64,000 nt of DNA from Zygnema circumcarinatum SAG 698-1b (Eukaryota > Plantae > Zygnematophyceae), in NCBI GenBank assembly GCA_037447605.1, contig CM074812.1, positions 3,038,001-3,102,000 of the forward strand. The letters are read 5' to 3'. Position numbers and translations under genes: made by a program. This document shows, in pieces, positions 24,801-38,791 of this stretch (the first letter of the stretch is position 1; every line of letters starts with the position of its first letter). The notes under the pieces were generated by a model. That model had not been told where the DNA came from, ran no database searches, and worked only from the letters and a program-made list of their open reading frames with translations.

Positions 24801-27800
24801 TACTGTTGAGTGCTTGGTTAACCATGGTTAAAGCACAAATGAAGCTTTCCATCGCATGCATTGATGTGACGAGCGAAAACTTACTGCGCACCCTGGCCGA
24901 GGCCATCCTGTCGCTCTCAGCGACTGTACTCCTTATCTGTGCTTTCACGGTATGCAATTGGCAAGCGGTTAAAGAAGTTACTGTTCGCCGAATTGCATAT
25001 CGCCAGCTGAGGGTAATTTCATGGCGAGGGCAAATGGCGGTCACATCTACGGATATTGCTCAGCTGTTAAATTCCGAATCAACTCGGTGGATGAGTTCAG
25101 GGTCATCTTCCATTTTGCCAAGAGGTTGCCACCGTAGAGAGGGTGGAGCACACAATCCTCTTGACTTTGGCTCACCGCCCTTGGCGGCGATCTATCGATT
25201 AGAAGTAGAAACGAGATCACGGCGATTGGCAACTTTAAGTGACAAGGTGGATGAACCGATCGAGCCTTTGGAAACCCACATCACTGACCGTTAAGGAATG
25301 GACGGATGTGCAGCCGTGCTCCCAAACGCACTCAGCAAGATCAGCGTAAGAATGTGGTACTTTACCGCGTATAATGGCGGGTGATCTTCGACGCCAAAGT
25401 GTTCACATCCTCACTTGATCTTTTGCTCAGTACCATCCAGATGCGTATTCAGGCGTCGTTCGGACACGGTGCGTTCATTTCAGCGCAAAGGTATTTGCCC
25501 TTTGGATTGGCGAATGCTCACGGCAACTTCCCACATTTTGTCATGAGCGAGATGTTCGCAGAGCATGGATAGCTTTTGTTTTGGTTTACCTCCGATGATA
25601 TCTACTTGTCTTCGGTAAGGCCGGAGGAGGAACATCTTGGTATGTTAGGAAAGTGTTTGAGACCACGAGGAAACACCAATTTTATACCAAGAAGGAAAAG
25701 AAGTGTCACTTCATTACAGCGTGAGTTGCTTTTATCTTAGGCATATTCTCAATGTCCCGAGACGCCCATTTGATCACATAAAGTTCGGCGGTAGAAACTT
25801 GAAATACCGTGACTTTGCATGGTTGAGGTCTTTTACGAGACTTCGCGGGTATTTTCGTAAGTTCATCCAAAGTTTGAAGCGGATTTACCCCCTTATTATT
25901 TGACCGCGTTAAATTGTCACACTACATGGACACGAATGCCGGGGATGCATTGAAGGTGTCTCACCGTACACTATTCACCACTTCCACTATAGTTTAAGCG
26001 GTGATCCAAAACCTTACAAGTAGTTTGTGGCAACGAGGATTCACTTAGGTGCGTCTTGTTTTGAGGATGGTCAACCTGCGTATGAAATGCGCCAAAATGA
26101 ATCCCGGTGGCGCAACTATTACCTGCTTGAGCGAGGCGCTTGCGATTAGTCCCATACGAGGACATGGCGGTCTTATTTAGAAGTAGCGATCCTGGCCAGT
26201 CCTTGTTTCCACCCGCCCGTACGGCGTTCTCTCAACCCAACAGACCTGTCACAAGCGGCGAACGCGCTTCCAGTGCGAGGTTCCTCCCAGAGTTTGGCTG
26301 CCGGTGGGTTTTATCGGCCGGAAGGGCGGAATGTGAGACCGGCGGTATTGGCGACGCAATACTTCTGCGGATAGTGGCTAAGTCATTTCAGTGTTGGTGG
26401 AGCGAGATAATGTGGTGAGGAGCAGCAGCCCCGAATCTCGTCTCGGTATGCTGTCATAGAATCCACTCCACCGATTGGCCGCGATCCAACCACTCTGCTC
26501 TCTGCGATCTTTCCGGAGCAGGATGACCGAGAGGCTGACGTCCAGATGGCAAAGTGGCTGACTCTCAGACCAGTAGTATCTAGGACGGATTACGATACCG
26601 CGGCGGCAGTTAATGCGTGCCCAAGGCGGGGCTGCGGCTCATTACGGGTGAGCTACATGATCCTCGAGGTCACATGGGGAGTTGCCAAAACCCGTGAAAG
26701 ACCTTTGCTTTCAGGATTACGGTGGCTGGACTCTGGGGATGTGGCGTGTACTGCGCTTGTCGACTTGTCAGCAGAGAACAAACCCCGCGCGGCGGATCCC
26801 TGGCGAAATTTTGCAGCCCTCTCACACTCTTTTCCGAGGAAATGGGATAGTCGCTGGGGCGTAGACTTGATCCTGAATCTTCTGTGACACCTGAGCCATG
26901 ACTTTCCATCTCGTCTTTGTCGTCCTGACTCCGACAGATGGTGCACATTTTACTTAAGCTACCGCCGTTAAGAGGCCAGAGATTACCGCGGTTGTATGTT
27001 GACAAAGTGTGGAGCAGGCACTGGTCTGGTGAGGTAGGCGTGATCGATTCACCGGCCATTTTGGGCCGGAAGTGCTCAAATCGTTGGGACCCAGGCGTTG
27101 ATGCCGACTTTCCACCATGAAAGCGGCGGTGGCGGGGCGCGGTGGTGAGCGGGGATCTGAAGTTACCTCCGGCATTATGTGGACCTACCGGATGGGTGGG
27201 GCGGCCAGCTCCATTGCGTTGCATCGTAATAGCAAGTCAACTGAGGCGCACTCTTCTTGAACTTTGGCGGCGCATACTCAATCCCTGCAACCAAAGGGAT
27301 CAGCCGTCCGTTGGAACATGAAGCGTCACGGCGATCCTTGGTGCGGGGCCCGAGTAGGACTCGGCCAATAGAGGCGCTGCGGGCCACTGCTAGCGGCGGT
27401 CGCGACAAAGGCCTCAACGAAGGCGGAGTCCGCGTGCCTTTCACCTTCAGCGAGGTGAGGTATTCTTGAAATACGGCCAGCTTGAGACTCAAGCTTATGG
27501 CGGTTTCACGTAAAGGCTGTGGCCCGCCCGTGGACGCTTTCAGAATTAGGTGGCGAATGATAGCTAAACAGGTTGGATTTACCATCCCACATGAAGGAGT
27601 GCATCGTCTTTATATCATGGGTTTTGCTAAGGAATCTACATGGGAGAGATCAACCACCCCCGCGATTGGAACTTGAAGGTGAACTTGGTATGGAAACCAT
27701 TCAAGCCCGTGAAAATCATGAGAAAAGAATTAGATCTTCCGTCACGAATACCTCGTGAAGTGTCGATTTGGGAAGCTATGGGGTGAACATAGCACATGAA

Positions 27801-28768
27801 GACGCTTAACCAATTGCCGAGAGCTTCATCCAAAACAATAAGGCCTTGAGGCAGCGGGAAGCAGCGGCGAGGCGGCGCGAGAGTTCGAACGTCCCAACGC
27901 TGCAGGAAGACCGGCGGGATTATGTTGAGCCTCGGGACATATCCGTAGATTCGGCAGCGTGCGTTAAACTTCTGGCTGCCTTTTTCACCAGCGTAGAGCG
28001 AAGTTCCGCATTCTCCTGAGGGGAAGTAATGTAGTAGCACAATCACCCAAGAGGGAAGGAGTTACTTAGAAGTACGGCGTGGCTTTATGTTTCCATCCAA
28101 TGCGGTACCCTGCGCGGTTTAGAGCATCGGATACCCTATGGGCGAGGAGAGTCCCTGAGAGTTTCCGGAGCAATAGCAGCGGTTCACGATTGGGGCGCCC
28201 ACCTAATCTCTATGGGCGCGTGGTGACCAAAGTCCCCTCCTCGGCGTAGAGGATCACAGACTAACGGCACCCGCAGGGACCAATCCGGTCCCAGCGGTGA
28301 ATCGGGAGCCCGCGGCGGATCCCCCCCAAAATTAGCCGTCCGTCGTCACGTTAACGATTTACCCGATGATGCAGAATGAGGCCCTTCGATGCGAACCCCA
28401 TGCTTGTAGCATAGAGCTCCGGCCGTGCACCCGGCTGCAATCTGGCTGTGGCCAGCGTCGCTGGCCTTTCCCGCCAGAAAATGCGGCGAGCATTGTGCGT
28501 TGTACACCCCGCCGACCCATGCTGCGGTAGAGAGACCGTGGCGGTTGCCATTGGGCGGCCGCTTCCAATCCTCCCATGCTGGTAGGAGTTCGGGAAACGT
28601 GTGGGCGTCTCGGGTGGTATTGTCACTTAACCAACACTCTCAGCATCACGATTTACTGCGCCCGGGCTGCTCCCCACTTTCTGGCGCTTTCTCCACCTCC
28701 TCTCTCTCTCTTTGAGCACAGAGAGGTAATTCCAGCGCCGGCGAAGGGCTAGGTCCCCGGTGGCGCCA
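21872..28768 (+). mobile_element. Ty3/gypsy chromovirus-type LTR retrotransposon 1 (frameshifted), inserted in the copia protease region
   Basis: LTRs ~21872-22590 and ~28030-28768; PBS TGGTATCGGAAGC at 22593; PPT GAGGGGAAGTAA; CCHC knuckle CFRCRKEGHKARDC at 23939-23980; RT remnants (LPFGLANA, ~25490-25520); chromodomain remnant at ~27680-27810. Confidence 0.85.
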
Positions 28769-30175
28769 AGGTATGAGAGGACATCGATACATAGCAGCTC
28801 CCTCCCTCTCTTCTTGGTAAATATGAGCGATACCAAAAGAATCTATGACGCTACTCCCTTGGTGAAACATCACTCCCTCTCCGGTTACAAAGATGAAGGC
28901 AGTCGGTCCTCAAGCGTATGAAACATCTATACATGTGTAATGCCAGAAGCGCTGAAATCGTCAACACGACGCTTAGTCTGGCCTGGATCTTTCCAGCTTT
29001 CATCCGGGGAATTTTAGAGCCTTTTAATATCATCGAGATTGGTGTCATTGTCTCTCACTTTCAATATCTTGTGACTTCCAAACTGCTGACGAGATCTGAC
29101 GCCACAACTACTACAGCTAACTAGCAGAATGCTGGCGCTCCTCCTCGCGATCGCGCAGGGATGCTTGTTCTTGTAGCGATGCAGCAGGAAGTAGTAGCGG
29201 TCTTGCCACCGCGTGTAACTTGCGCTCGCGGCGTTCTCCTCGGTCCAGGCGCGAAGCGCCTCTTTGATGCGCGTGAGTGCGGCTGCTGCTCGGTATGCGA
29301 TATTTGGGCCGGTGTCCTCCTCCTTGATCCTCGCTTCGCACTGAGACATTTTGAATGGGTAGACTGAGTCCCTGTGGCTGCGGCTAATACATCAAATCTA
29401 ACAAGTCAATCCCCCTAAGAACTGGCTGATCTTATGGTCACTCTCTAACGGTTTCTGTAGAGCTATGAACCTCTCCATCAAGGTATCAAACTTGACCATA
29501 TATTCACTCAGTTTCCGAAGTCATCTTCATCTTCCCAAGCTGCGTGTAAAGACTCACTATCGTGACGTTATCCTTTACATCATACATCTCTTCTAAGCAC
29601 CTCCACATAGCATGTGAGGTCTTGAGATCATACAGCATGGACGAAGGACTTCCCCTCACACTCATGACGATCTGGGTGGGCGCTTTGTTGTCCTTGAAAA
29701 AGCAAATAAAATGCCATGAGTGTTAAACTGGCACATCGCCCGTGGCTCCCTCCCGGAGCACGATGCTGATGGTGCGTTGGCGTGCCGGTCACTTGCCCAC
29801 GCAGCCCGAAAGGACCAGCCGCCATCTCCACCCCTTGTAGTCTTGGCCAGGTGAATGCGGAATCGCGAAGACTTCCGCGTGGTCCTGCGTCGCCACCATT
29901 GGCTCGATACCACTTGTTGGAGGCGTGGATCTGCTGCGCTCCGTACACCTCATGTAGCCCTCCATTGGAACTCCGGTTCCCACCCGGTGAACATCTTCAC
30001 TTTCTCTCACTCTATCTCACTTCACTCACCCAGCCCATGTGTAACTCCTGGGAATGGAGCAGAGATGAGCCTGGCCCGGAAATCACACCTGAGAAAGTGT
30101 AGGGAGAAAGCTCCACGGCTCTAAAAACTCTTTTATAATAGAATGTCACCCACATGAAGTTCTCCCCTCTCACTA

Positions 30176-33100
30176 AATCACGGCGAAATCGAGATCTTGA
30201 TTCGGTAGCGGAGAAACCACTCAATGATTACGCACTTTCGGCATTGAGGAGAGGGGAGAAAGCTTGAGTGGGGAGGCGACCACAGGCAGGGGTGCAGCCC
30301 GTATGCGATGCGTTGGTTGAGTTGGCGGCGGCCAACCTCGCCTATGTGCTTCAGACCTCCTACCGGCATGGAGGGATTGGGCGGGGGCGTCAATGGCAAC
30401 CATACGTGTCCCGTCTCCTAACCGAATGGGTCGGAGATTAGCGATACGAGCGGCTTCGCCGGCGTTCGTATCGACTGGCGCCCGGCAGCGGACGGCGCCC
30501 ATGCGTCATCTGTCGGGGCAGCCCGAGGATCCTGGCCAGCGCTGGCGGGATCCGGCTGTCGAGATCCATCCGTACCAGCGGTAACCAGCGATTATGCAGG
30601 GCCGTGATTCGTTCAGCGTAAAGATGTAGTCAGGGTTCCGTGATCCCTCAACCACATCGGCGATATATATATGTATCGTATATCGGCGTGCTTCAAACCT
30701 GCGACCGCCGCAGGTTGATCACAAGACCTACAGTCTAGAGTGGTCCCGGCGCCTTGACCACTCGGCGGCGCCCGGGGTGAAGTATAGGGCCGAATGCGCC
30801 CTAAGTACCTCCGTGGTGGCCCTTCGTAGCGTTTACGCTACATTACTCCCCAATGAGAATGTGAGCGCCCTCGTTCCGCGAGGGTGTGAAGGTGGTAAAA
30901 GAGGCGGGCACAAATGGTTTCAGCGGCGCAGCGTCGAACTCGTGATAACCCGGGAGGGCTGTGATAATCGGTCAAGTCCCTTTCGAGGATTCTTGGCGGG
31001 AGCGGCTCGGGAACCCCAGGCAGCCCTCACCCGGCTCTCTTGCTGACTTTAGCGCCTCCTAGTACAATTTGATGAGCTCACGGCAGTGCGTCAAGTTGCC
31101 TCGGCCCTACGTGCTATGTTCGCCCATGGCCCAACCATTTCCGCAGGTATTGGTGGCGGGAAGATGGAAACCCTTTCTCTATCACGGTGGGCTTGAATGG
31201 TTTCAACTTCGTACTCAAGTTCACCTTCAGAGTTCCTTGGTGGGGGAGGTGTTTGGATCCTCCCATCATTTGCGGTATTGGAAGCTTTTAGCAATCCCAC
31301 GCATGAAAGACGGATGCACCTTCATATGAGTTGGTAAACTCAACCGGTAAGCGACCTCATTGATGCGCTTCACGACCCTGAAGGGTCCAATGAAGCGGGG
31401 CCACAGCTTACGTGTTCCGCCATAAGCTTTGAGTCTCAAGTTCGCCGTACTTAGCAACACCTCATCGCCCTCATTGAAGGTGAGTTGGGTACGGTGACGG
31501 TCAGCATAGGCCTTTTGTCGCGACTGGGCCGCTAGCAGGGTCTGCCGTGCCCTCTGCAGCGCCTCAGACATTAGCCGGACAAAAGATCTGACTGTGGGAG
31601 GTTGAGTCCCATCGGTCCCTCTCGACTTCAAGGATGCGGGGGTGTGTGGGCCATGTTCCCGCGGATCGGTGATCCTTGGTTTGTAGGGGATTTGGGGATC
31701 TTGCGACCAAAGTTAGGAAGAAGGGGGTGGTACCAATGGATACGGTAAGCATTATTGATGGCGTGTCGGTAGCTGGGGCTGATTCATCCCACCCATCGGT
31801 AGGGTCACATAATGCGGGAGGTAATCCTCGGGATCCTCTTCACCCGTCGCAGATCTGGCCATGGGTTTGCGAGATTGGAAAATTTGTACTTTCGATGCAC
31901 CGCTTGGTCCCCGCGATTTTGAGCACTTAAGGTCAAAAATGGCGGTGAATGCGTGGATGCGGTCGGACAATTTCGTGAAGACCATCTTTGGCTCCACACT
32001 TTAATCCCAGCATACAGCCGTCGCGATCTGCGTCGGCCCGGCCCGAATAGTAGTTGGTGCAAAATGCACCATCTTCGGCCGTCGACGAAACGAGGATGGA
32101 GTCATGCCCGTCCGCAGGAAGATGCGTGATGAGTGTACAGCGGTACATCCCATTTACGAAGAGGTGTGAGGGGGTGCGGTGGCGAGGGATCTGCGCGGTC
32201 GCGGGGGTTTGTTTAGTTGACAAGTTGGACAGCGGTACATGCAGCTTTCCGTCGAGTCCGGGCCGCGAGAACTCAATTTGGTGCCCTCACGGGTTTTGGC
32301 AGCTCCCATGTGACCCTGTCGCAGGAGGATCATGGAGCTCACTTAGAATGAGGCGATGCAGTTCGACGCTTGAAGCTGGCGACCAAGCTGGCGGTCGTGG
32401 TACGGGCTCAGATCATAGACACCACTTTTGTCGCCTGTAGCCATTACCTTGGCCATCCAGGAACAAAGGATCACCAGTATACCCCTCCTGAATCATCTGT
32501 CTGAGATCAGAGAGAGCAGGAGGGTCGACTGCGTCACTGGTGGAGGGATCTATGACAAAGCATACTGGAGACGGAGACTCGGGGTTGGCCGGCCCCTCAC
32601 CTCTGTCATCTCGTTCCACCAACACTTTCGAGTCGGCGAGTGCAAATCCGAGCAAGATCAGGGGCGCACGCTTTCGGGAGTGCGCCCACATTGACCTTAG
32701 GGCCGATAAACCCCTTTGGCGGTCAAACGCACGAATTCCGGACCCACGGCCCGTGCTGCCGCTTTCGACAAGATGCGTTGGGTGAGAGGAGCGTCGGTAG
32801 TGGAGTGACGGTGACGGCTTTAAGCCCCCTCAAGTAGTACGCCATGTCACCGGTGGACCAGCACAAGCGGAGTTCTGATGCAATTTGAATAGTTGCTTCC
32901 GGCGGAGGATTAGATTTCGCGGCTTTCTTGGCGGGGCGACCATCTTACAGATTAAAGGCGGCACCCAAAGCGAGATCCCGGGGTGAAATGCAAACCACTT
33001 CGCGAGGCGGGTCCGCTAAGCGGGTAAGGTGCGTGGCAAGTGCGTGGCGGACGCCCACGCGAATGCTTCACATTTCCGGGGGTCGGACAAGGGACACCGG

Positions 33101-36100
33101 AGCGTGTCAAATTTGTCGAAGAGGTAACCGCTTACTAAACCCTTGGATGAACTTCACAGCTCTTCGCAAATCCAAGAATGATACGCGAAGCTGATGTAAA
33201 GTCACGGTCGGTCTTTACTTAAGTTCCTACTTATGAGAAACGCGGGGAATGCAACGAAGGCCTTGATCATTGAGTATACCCAGATATAGCAACTCCGCGT
33301 TGCATGAAGTGACACTTCTTCCTCTTGGCGCAAATTAGTAGTGTTTCTGGGGTCACCAGCGAGCTTTCAGAGCGTGTTGAATGTTCCTCCTGTCTTCGCG
33401 AAGACAAAGGATCATCGAGGTAAGCAAAACATAAATTCGTCCATCTTGGAAGTGAACATCTGGATTCATGCGACTGGAAAGTCGTAGGGCATTAGTCAAT
33501 CAAAGGGCAACACCTTATATTGGAAATGACCAATGTCCAGAGACATGATCTTTGATACATTAGTATAAAGTAACGGATCGATGATATCCTGAGCAAGATC
33601 CAAGTGATGTATGGCCCACCTTGGTAGTGAAGGCGATGCGTGGTCATCATCACGTGGTAAGAAAAGCGGTTCTTTCACGGTGATCTTGTTGAGTCTTGTG
33701 ATAATCAATGCACATCACTCAGCGAACCCGTCTTTCTTGCCAACAAACAAGATGGGTGCCCCAAAGAGGCTTTAGGTGGGGCTCGATCCGACCCGCTTGT
33801 CAGTAAATTAGCGGTAACTGCATTTCTTTGGTTTCCTTGGACTTAACCGATAGATCGGCCGCCAAGGCGGCTTTTGCTCAGGCTCAAGAGGGATTGTGTG
33901 CCCCACCCCTCTCGATGGGGGCAACCCTCTTGGAAGGTCATCAGGGAAGACATCCCTGAATTCATCCAACAGAGGTTGGAACTGGGAGGGAACAGTGGAG
34001 AGCACGTCAGTAGATGTGATCTGCCACTCCTGATCTTCGTCATGAACATCCTCAGTGGCTGTCATGACATGCACCATGAACAAGGTGCAACCCTCATACT
34101 TGCTTTGTGGCGGTGCGTGCGGAGGCGCGGATAAGGAGTTTGTTTCCGCTTGATAGCGAGGATGTAGCTCTGCCGAGGAGTGCGAGGAGTATCCACTTTG
34201 TCTGCTTGTCTCGCGAGAATCGCGATGTGGGGCCGAGGAAAAGATCAGTGGGCCTTGGCTGATTAACGAAGCACTCCCCGAGATAACATCGGTTCGAGGG
34301 GGCGGATAGTCGAGAAGACCTTGGCGCCCAGGGTAGGATGGAGCTTGATGCGTGAGTCAATGGCGCTACCGAGAAGATCGGCCGCTAGCGTCCATCCCGA
34401 AAGTAACACTTTACGAATGGGGATCAGAGTGGTCAACCCAATCTACGGGTGAGCATGACCAACAAGTTAGCGTCGCGGTATCGGCCGATTATAGCTGCCG
34501 AAGATTGGCCATTGGCTGACCCGGTGAAGGTCATGGCCCGGTGGGCAAGATGGAACATAGATCGCACTATATGCGAGGGTTGAGGACGAGCCGTCCTCCA
34601 CACCAGAGTGTAGGGTGATCCAACCAGCGAACCTGCGGATCCTTCCATCATTTGCACCACCCGGTGCCCTTTCCTCAACTGTTTCACCAACCGCCAGGTG
34701 GCGTTGGGAAAAGTGCGAAATGCCAGGTGCTGAGGAACCAGCACGTGCAGCCCAAGGATATGGGATGTGTCCCGCATGACATGCAAGGCATTCATGGCAC
34801 AATTCATTAAGACATCATTACCCATAACATTGAGGATAAACACATTCCATTGACCATGCATCACCACATCCATAAACCCAGAAGGAGTCACTACAGTGGC
34901 AGGGAAGAGAGAAATGGAAGCAAGGAGTGCATCACACACAAAGAGATCATGCATTCCCAAAGGTCTGCCAATCAATTTAAGAATGTCCAAGGTTCCTAAG
35001 AAACAAATGTCCCTAGTCACGGCGGCAGCTTCCATTCTTTCCACAACCTAGCATCCCGCTGGCCCGGCCGACCTCTGCCAAGGCTGGCGGTGGGTTAATT
35101 TTCGGCCCCTTGCCCTTCTTTTGTTGTCTTTTCGTTTTAGCAGGGCAATCACCGAGGGCCTTGTGCCTCCTTTACTGCAAGCGGAAACACTTGTTCTCAC
35201 ATCTTCTCCATTCCTCACGGAGTCAACCTGCTGACTGCGGTGGCTGGGCGATTAAACTAAGAACATGGCTTGTTCTTTCTTTCTGCCGTCTTGGCGAGGC
35301 TAGTCCGCCTTCCCGCGACCACTGTCCGCGTCGCCCGACCTCTCTTTGGGGTGAGGAAGGCTGCATCACTGCGGTAGGTAATCCCATTGTCGTTTGCATC
35401 AAAATGCAATTTCAGTCGGTAGGGTCCCGGTTTCGGTCAGGTGGATTAGTCATGGTACTTCCTGGTGTGGTTTGAGACCATTCACGAAGTGGAAGAAGAA
35501 CTCAGCTGTCGGGGCTTGTGGGTGGTGATTTAGCGGCACCACACATGCAGTCTCGCGGCCTGCGGTTTGGACCATGTTGCGAGAATTTATCGGGCCTCCA
35601 AAGCGGGATCGAGAACTAAAGTGTTTGATAAGTTCATCTACGAACTTATCCCAATAAATCCCCGATCTCATGAGAAGGCCCTCCTTACACGGTATCACGG
35701 CTCCCTGCGAGTCTTCAGGTAAAGCTTAGCGGAGGGCCGGTTGGTACTTGAAGGGGCGAAAACCCTTGGTTTTGGGCCCAACCAACTGCTCAATGGCGGT
35801 CAGAGTAGTAGGATGTTAGCCCAAAGGCGGGGCCACCTTGGCCCGATTCCGTGGGGCATCCTCGATGCGGGACTAGCGGAGGCGGTCAGAGGGCGGATCT
35901 CCTCCCAGCCCCGGCTACTTGTGAGCGGGGGTGCTTGCTTGGTAGTTGCGCCACCCGGGGAGTGACTCCCGTGGAAAAGCCGAGGGGGTGCGGACTTCTG
36001 CGAGGCGCCCCGGCCGGTTGGTACGTCGGGGAGACGGCCTTCTGCGTGGTAAACCTAACCCGTCCGGGGCTGGCGCATCACGCCTCTACGGCTGAGGGTT

Positions 36101-37281
36101 AGGGGCGCCACCTTCTCGATCCTCGAGAATTTTTGTCGAAAGGCCACGAGGAACTCCATTTGGGCGTGTCCGCAGCCGGTGGGCCCGAAGTAGCTCCGTA
36201 TGCGTCCACGCACCGAGCAAGCCATGGTGGCGGCGGCCCAGCGGCTACAACTGCGTCACATCCCTTCCCGGATCTTGATCTCTTGCTTTGCATCTTTAAG
36301 AGGTGGCGCCCGCCGTGATGTGGGCTGATAAATGGGATCCGGAGGATGCCGCGAACCAGCGGCTCGGTATGCGAGAGGCGGCATTCACCCGGATGACCTT
36401 GAGGGTAAAATGAGTGGGCTGGGGCCCGGGCCCCTCCATGGGGCCGGCCTTGATCTCGAGTTCTCCTCCATCACCTAGATCACGGGTAAGGACGGTGGTG
36501 GAGGTGGCGGCCACGAGGGCCGAGGTCACCTCAGGCCGCCCGGTGAGGGTCACCGTGATAGCAGGTTCCTTCCCAACCCGAAGAAAAGCAAAACTCGTGC
36601 AAATGTCCGCGTGAAATCCGAGATCTTGATCGTGGCGAAACCACTCAATGATTACTTCGGTCCGGAAGGGGAGAAGAGAGGAAGGAAGCTTAGAGAGTGC
36701 AAATTTGGCGCGGCCACAGTGAGGAATTGCAACGAGATGCGATGCGTTGGTTGGGTGGCAGCCCGGTCACCGCGCCCCCTACGCTTCCCCGTCCGAACCT
36801 CTGCCCGGCGCTGGAGGATTGGGCGAACGTCCGGGTGGCAACCCGCCCGCGTGTCCATCTCGAGCTTGAATGGGTGGGGAGAGTGCAGCCATCTGAGCTT
36901 GACTGGCTGCGTTCAGCGAAGCCCAGCGCCGCGGCAGCAGCGCCCAAATACGTCGGTGCCGCGGCGGATCCCTGTACGGCGCGGAATCCGGCTGTCGGTC
37001 GTCGTACCAGCGGTAACCAGCGATTATGCGGGCGGCGGTTGCGATTCAAAAGCGTAAAGAAGATGTGGTGAGGGTTCGTGATACCTCAACATCGGCTGAC
37101 TATATATATGCATAATAAGCGTATATCAGCTACTGCGACGGGAGTTCGATCTAAGACCTTCGAGGTCACTGGTGGTCCCGGCGCCTTGACCACTTCGGCC
37201 AGCGCCGGGTGAATACTGGGGCCGGGTATGTCATAAAATTACACACCTCCGAGTAGGTGGCCCCGTAGCGTTTAAGCTACA
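30176..37281 (-). mobile_element. Ty3/gypsy chromovirus-type LTR retrotransposon 2, inserted in the copia 5' LTR
   Basis: LTRs ~30176-30842 and ~36604-37281; PPT GGGGAGTAA; post-integrase QKAYADRHR..F.EGDEVLL..KLWPRFIGPF..AYRL (31266-31631); chromodomain start GELEYEVETI (31091-31300); FPDDLPRGLPP.R...HTIPL (33808-34083); CCHC remnant at ~35140-35190. Confidence 0.87.
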
Positions 37282-38791
37282 CTAGGCTACCTACACTTAC
37301 TCACTACCTTCTGCGACACAAGCGAGCTGACCGGCTTAGCGGCGGGGGCCGCAGAATAGAATCCGCGTGACTCTGATAGTCTAATGTGGTTATCCTACAT
37401 AAACAAGAAGCTAAACCTATATACGCCATGGCGTGTTACGTGACATCTTCCTAGTTGACGATGTCCGTCCGGCCGCTTCCCTCATCGCGTTCGGCGGCGG
37501 ATGCTGGCGTTCAGCGTCAGCATTTAGCGGTCCTTGGTAAACCTGCGCGTGCCGACCTAGTTAGGCGTCGTGCAGTTCGCGCCCGCCGAACTTGTAAATG
37601 CGTTGGTAGCGAGAACTTCACGCCCGCCCGTCGCGTCGCAGCGTCCGCGCCCGATGCGCACATGTTGATTCAGCGTACACATTTCGCCCGTCGCGGCGAA
37701 ATCTCCGTCGTCGCATTTCCTTTGCCGTTCACACACTTGTCAGCGTGAGCTGTGACTCACGGTCTCCTCCGTGAATTGACCTGCGTCTTCCAGTCCATGG
37801 ACCGCACTAGGGTCTGGCTTGGCGGGTCGCTTGGAGCATCACCGACATTCTCGGCGTCACGGCGTCACGGGCCACCGACATTTGGCCCGACCGTATTTCC
37901 TAGGACTACTACTAGCAGATCTCATGTTTCCCAACTGAGGACCACAACAATGTTAGTGTGAACCCATACAATGTCTAACTATAGCACACTAACACTAACA
38001 GTGGCAACGTCAGACTCGCGGCAACTATACCCCATTTTCATTAAATTCATCATTCACAACCTAACCGAATCCGTACACCACATAAAACATCAAAATCGAA
38101 CGCCGTCGTACGTAGAAAACGACAGGTGGCAATGACACAATAAGTCGCGCCAATATACCCCATTTTCTGCATTGATCCAACAGCGGCACAACCAATCGAG
38201 GTGTGACATTGGCAGCGTCGGACTTCGCGGCAACTATATATTTTTCATTAAATTAATCTTTCACAACATGTCGAATCTGTCGATGCGGATCCAAAGCGAC
38301 GCAAAGCTTTTGCCCTCTCTGACAGCATAAAAAAGAAGCGAGAAATAGAGCCAAATAGAGCCGTTTAGATTGCACATGCGAGGGCGTGGGCGGCGTTCGA
38401 TGTAACGGTGCGGAACAACGCCAATATCGGCATCTTCCACGATTTCTTCACCTCCTCCGACTTCCATTTCTTACACTGCTTTGTCTAGGGTGAAGGATTC
38501 TTTGAGTGAAAGTGCTTCTTGCCGTTTTGTTCGAAATCTACGTAACCAACACTTGCCATACATTGCTTGGTTTCTCACGCGTTCTGCTGCTGCGGCCTCT
38601 TTGCTGCATTTCTTCCTACGGAAGAAACGATGACAGACAAATAATGATTGGTGGAGGAGGGAGAAAAGAAGGAAGCCGGGGAGGAAGGAACATGGGTGTG
38701 GTGAAAGGAGAATGGTGGAAGGGCGAAGGAAGAAAAAGGAGAGGGTGTTGAGGAAGGAGGAGGAGGAAGGAGGGTGTTGAGGAGGAAGGAG

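Larger units (their letters stand above)
16589..38000 (-). mobile_element. Ty1/copia LTR retrotransposon (degenerate) hosting nested insertions
   Basis: 5-bp TSD GTGGC at 16584-16588 and 38001-38005; TG..CA termini. 3' LTR 16589-18053 with adjacent PPT (+ strand ATCCCCCTCTT). 5' LTR 29915-30175 plus 37282-38000 with PBS remnant GCTCGATACCA at 29902-29912. Minus-strand order is gag, protease motif (DVL..PELKQNFMSVSQ split by gypsy 1), GAG-pre-integrase (GHLNHRGL, ~21620-21655), integrase, RT, RNase H. Confidence 0.9.
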
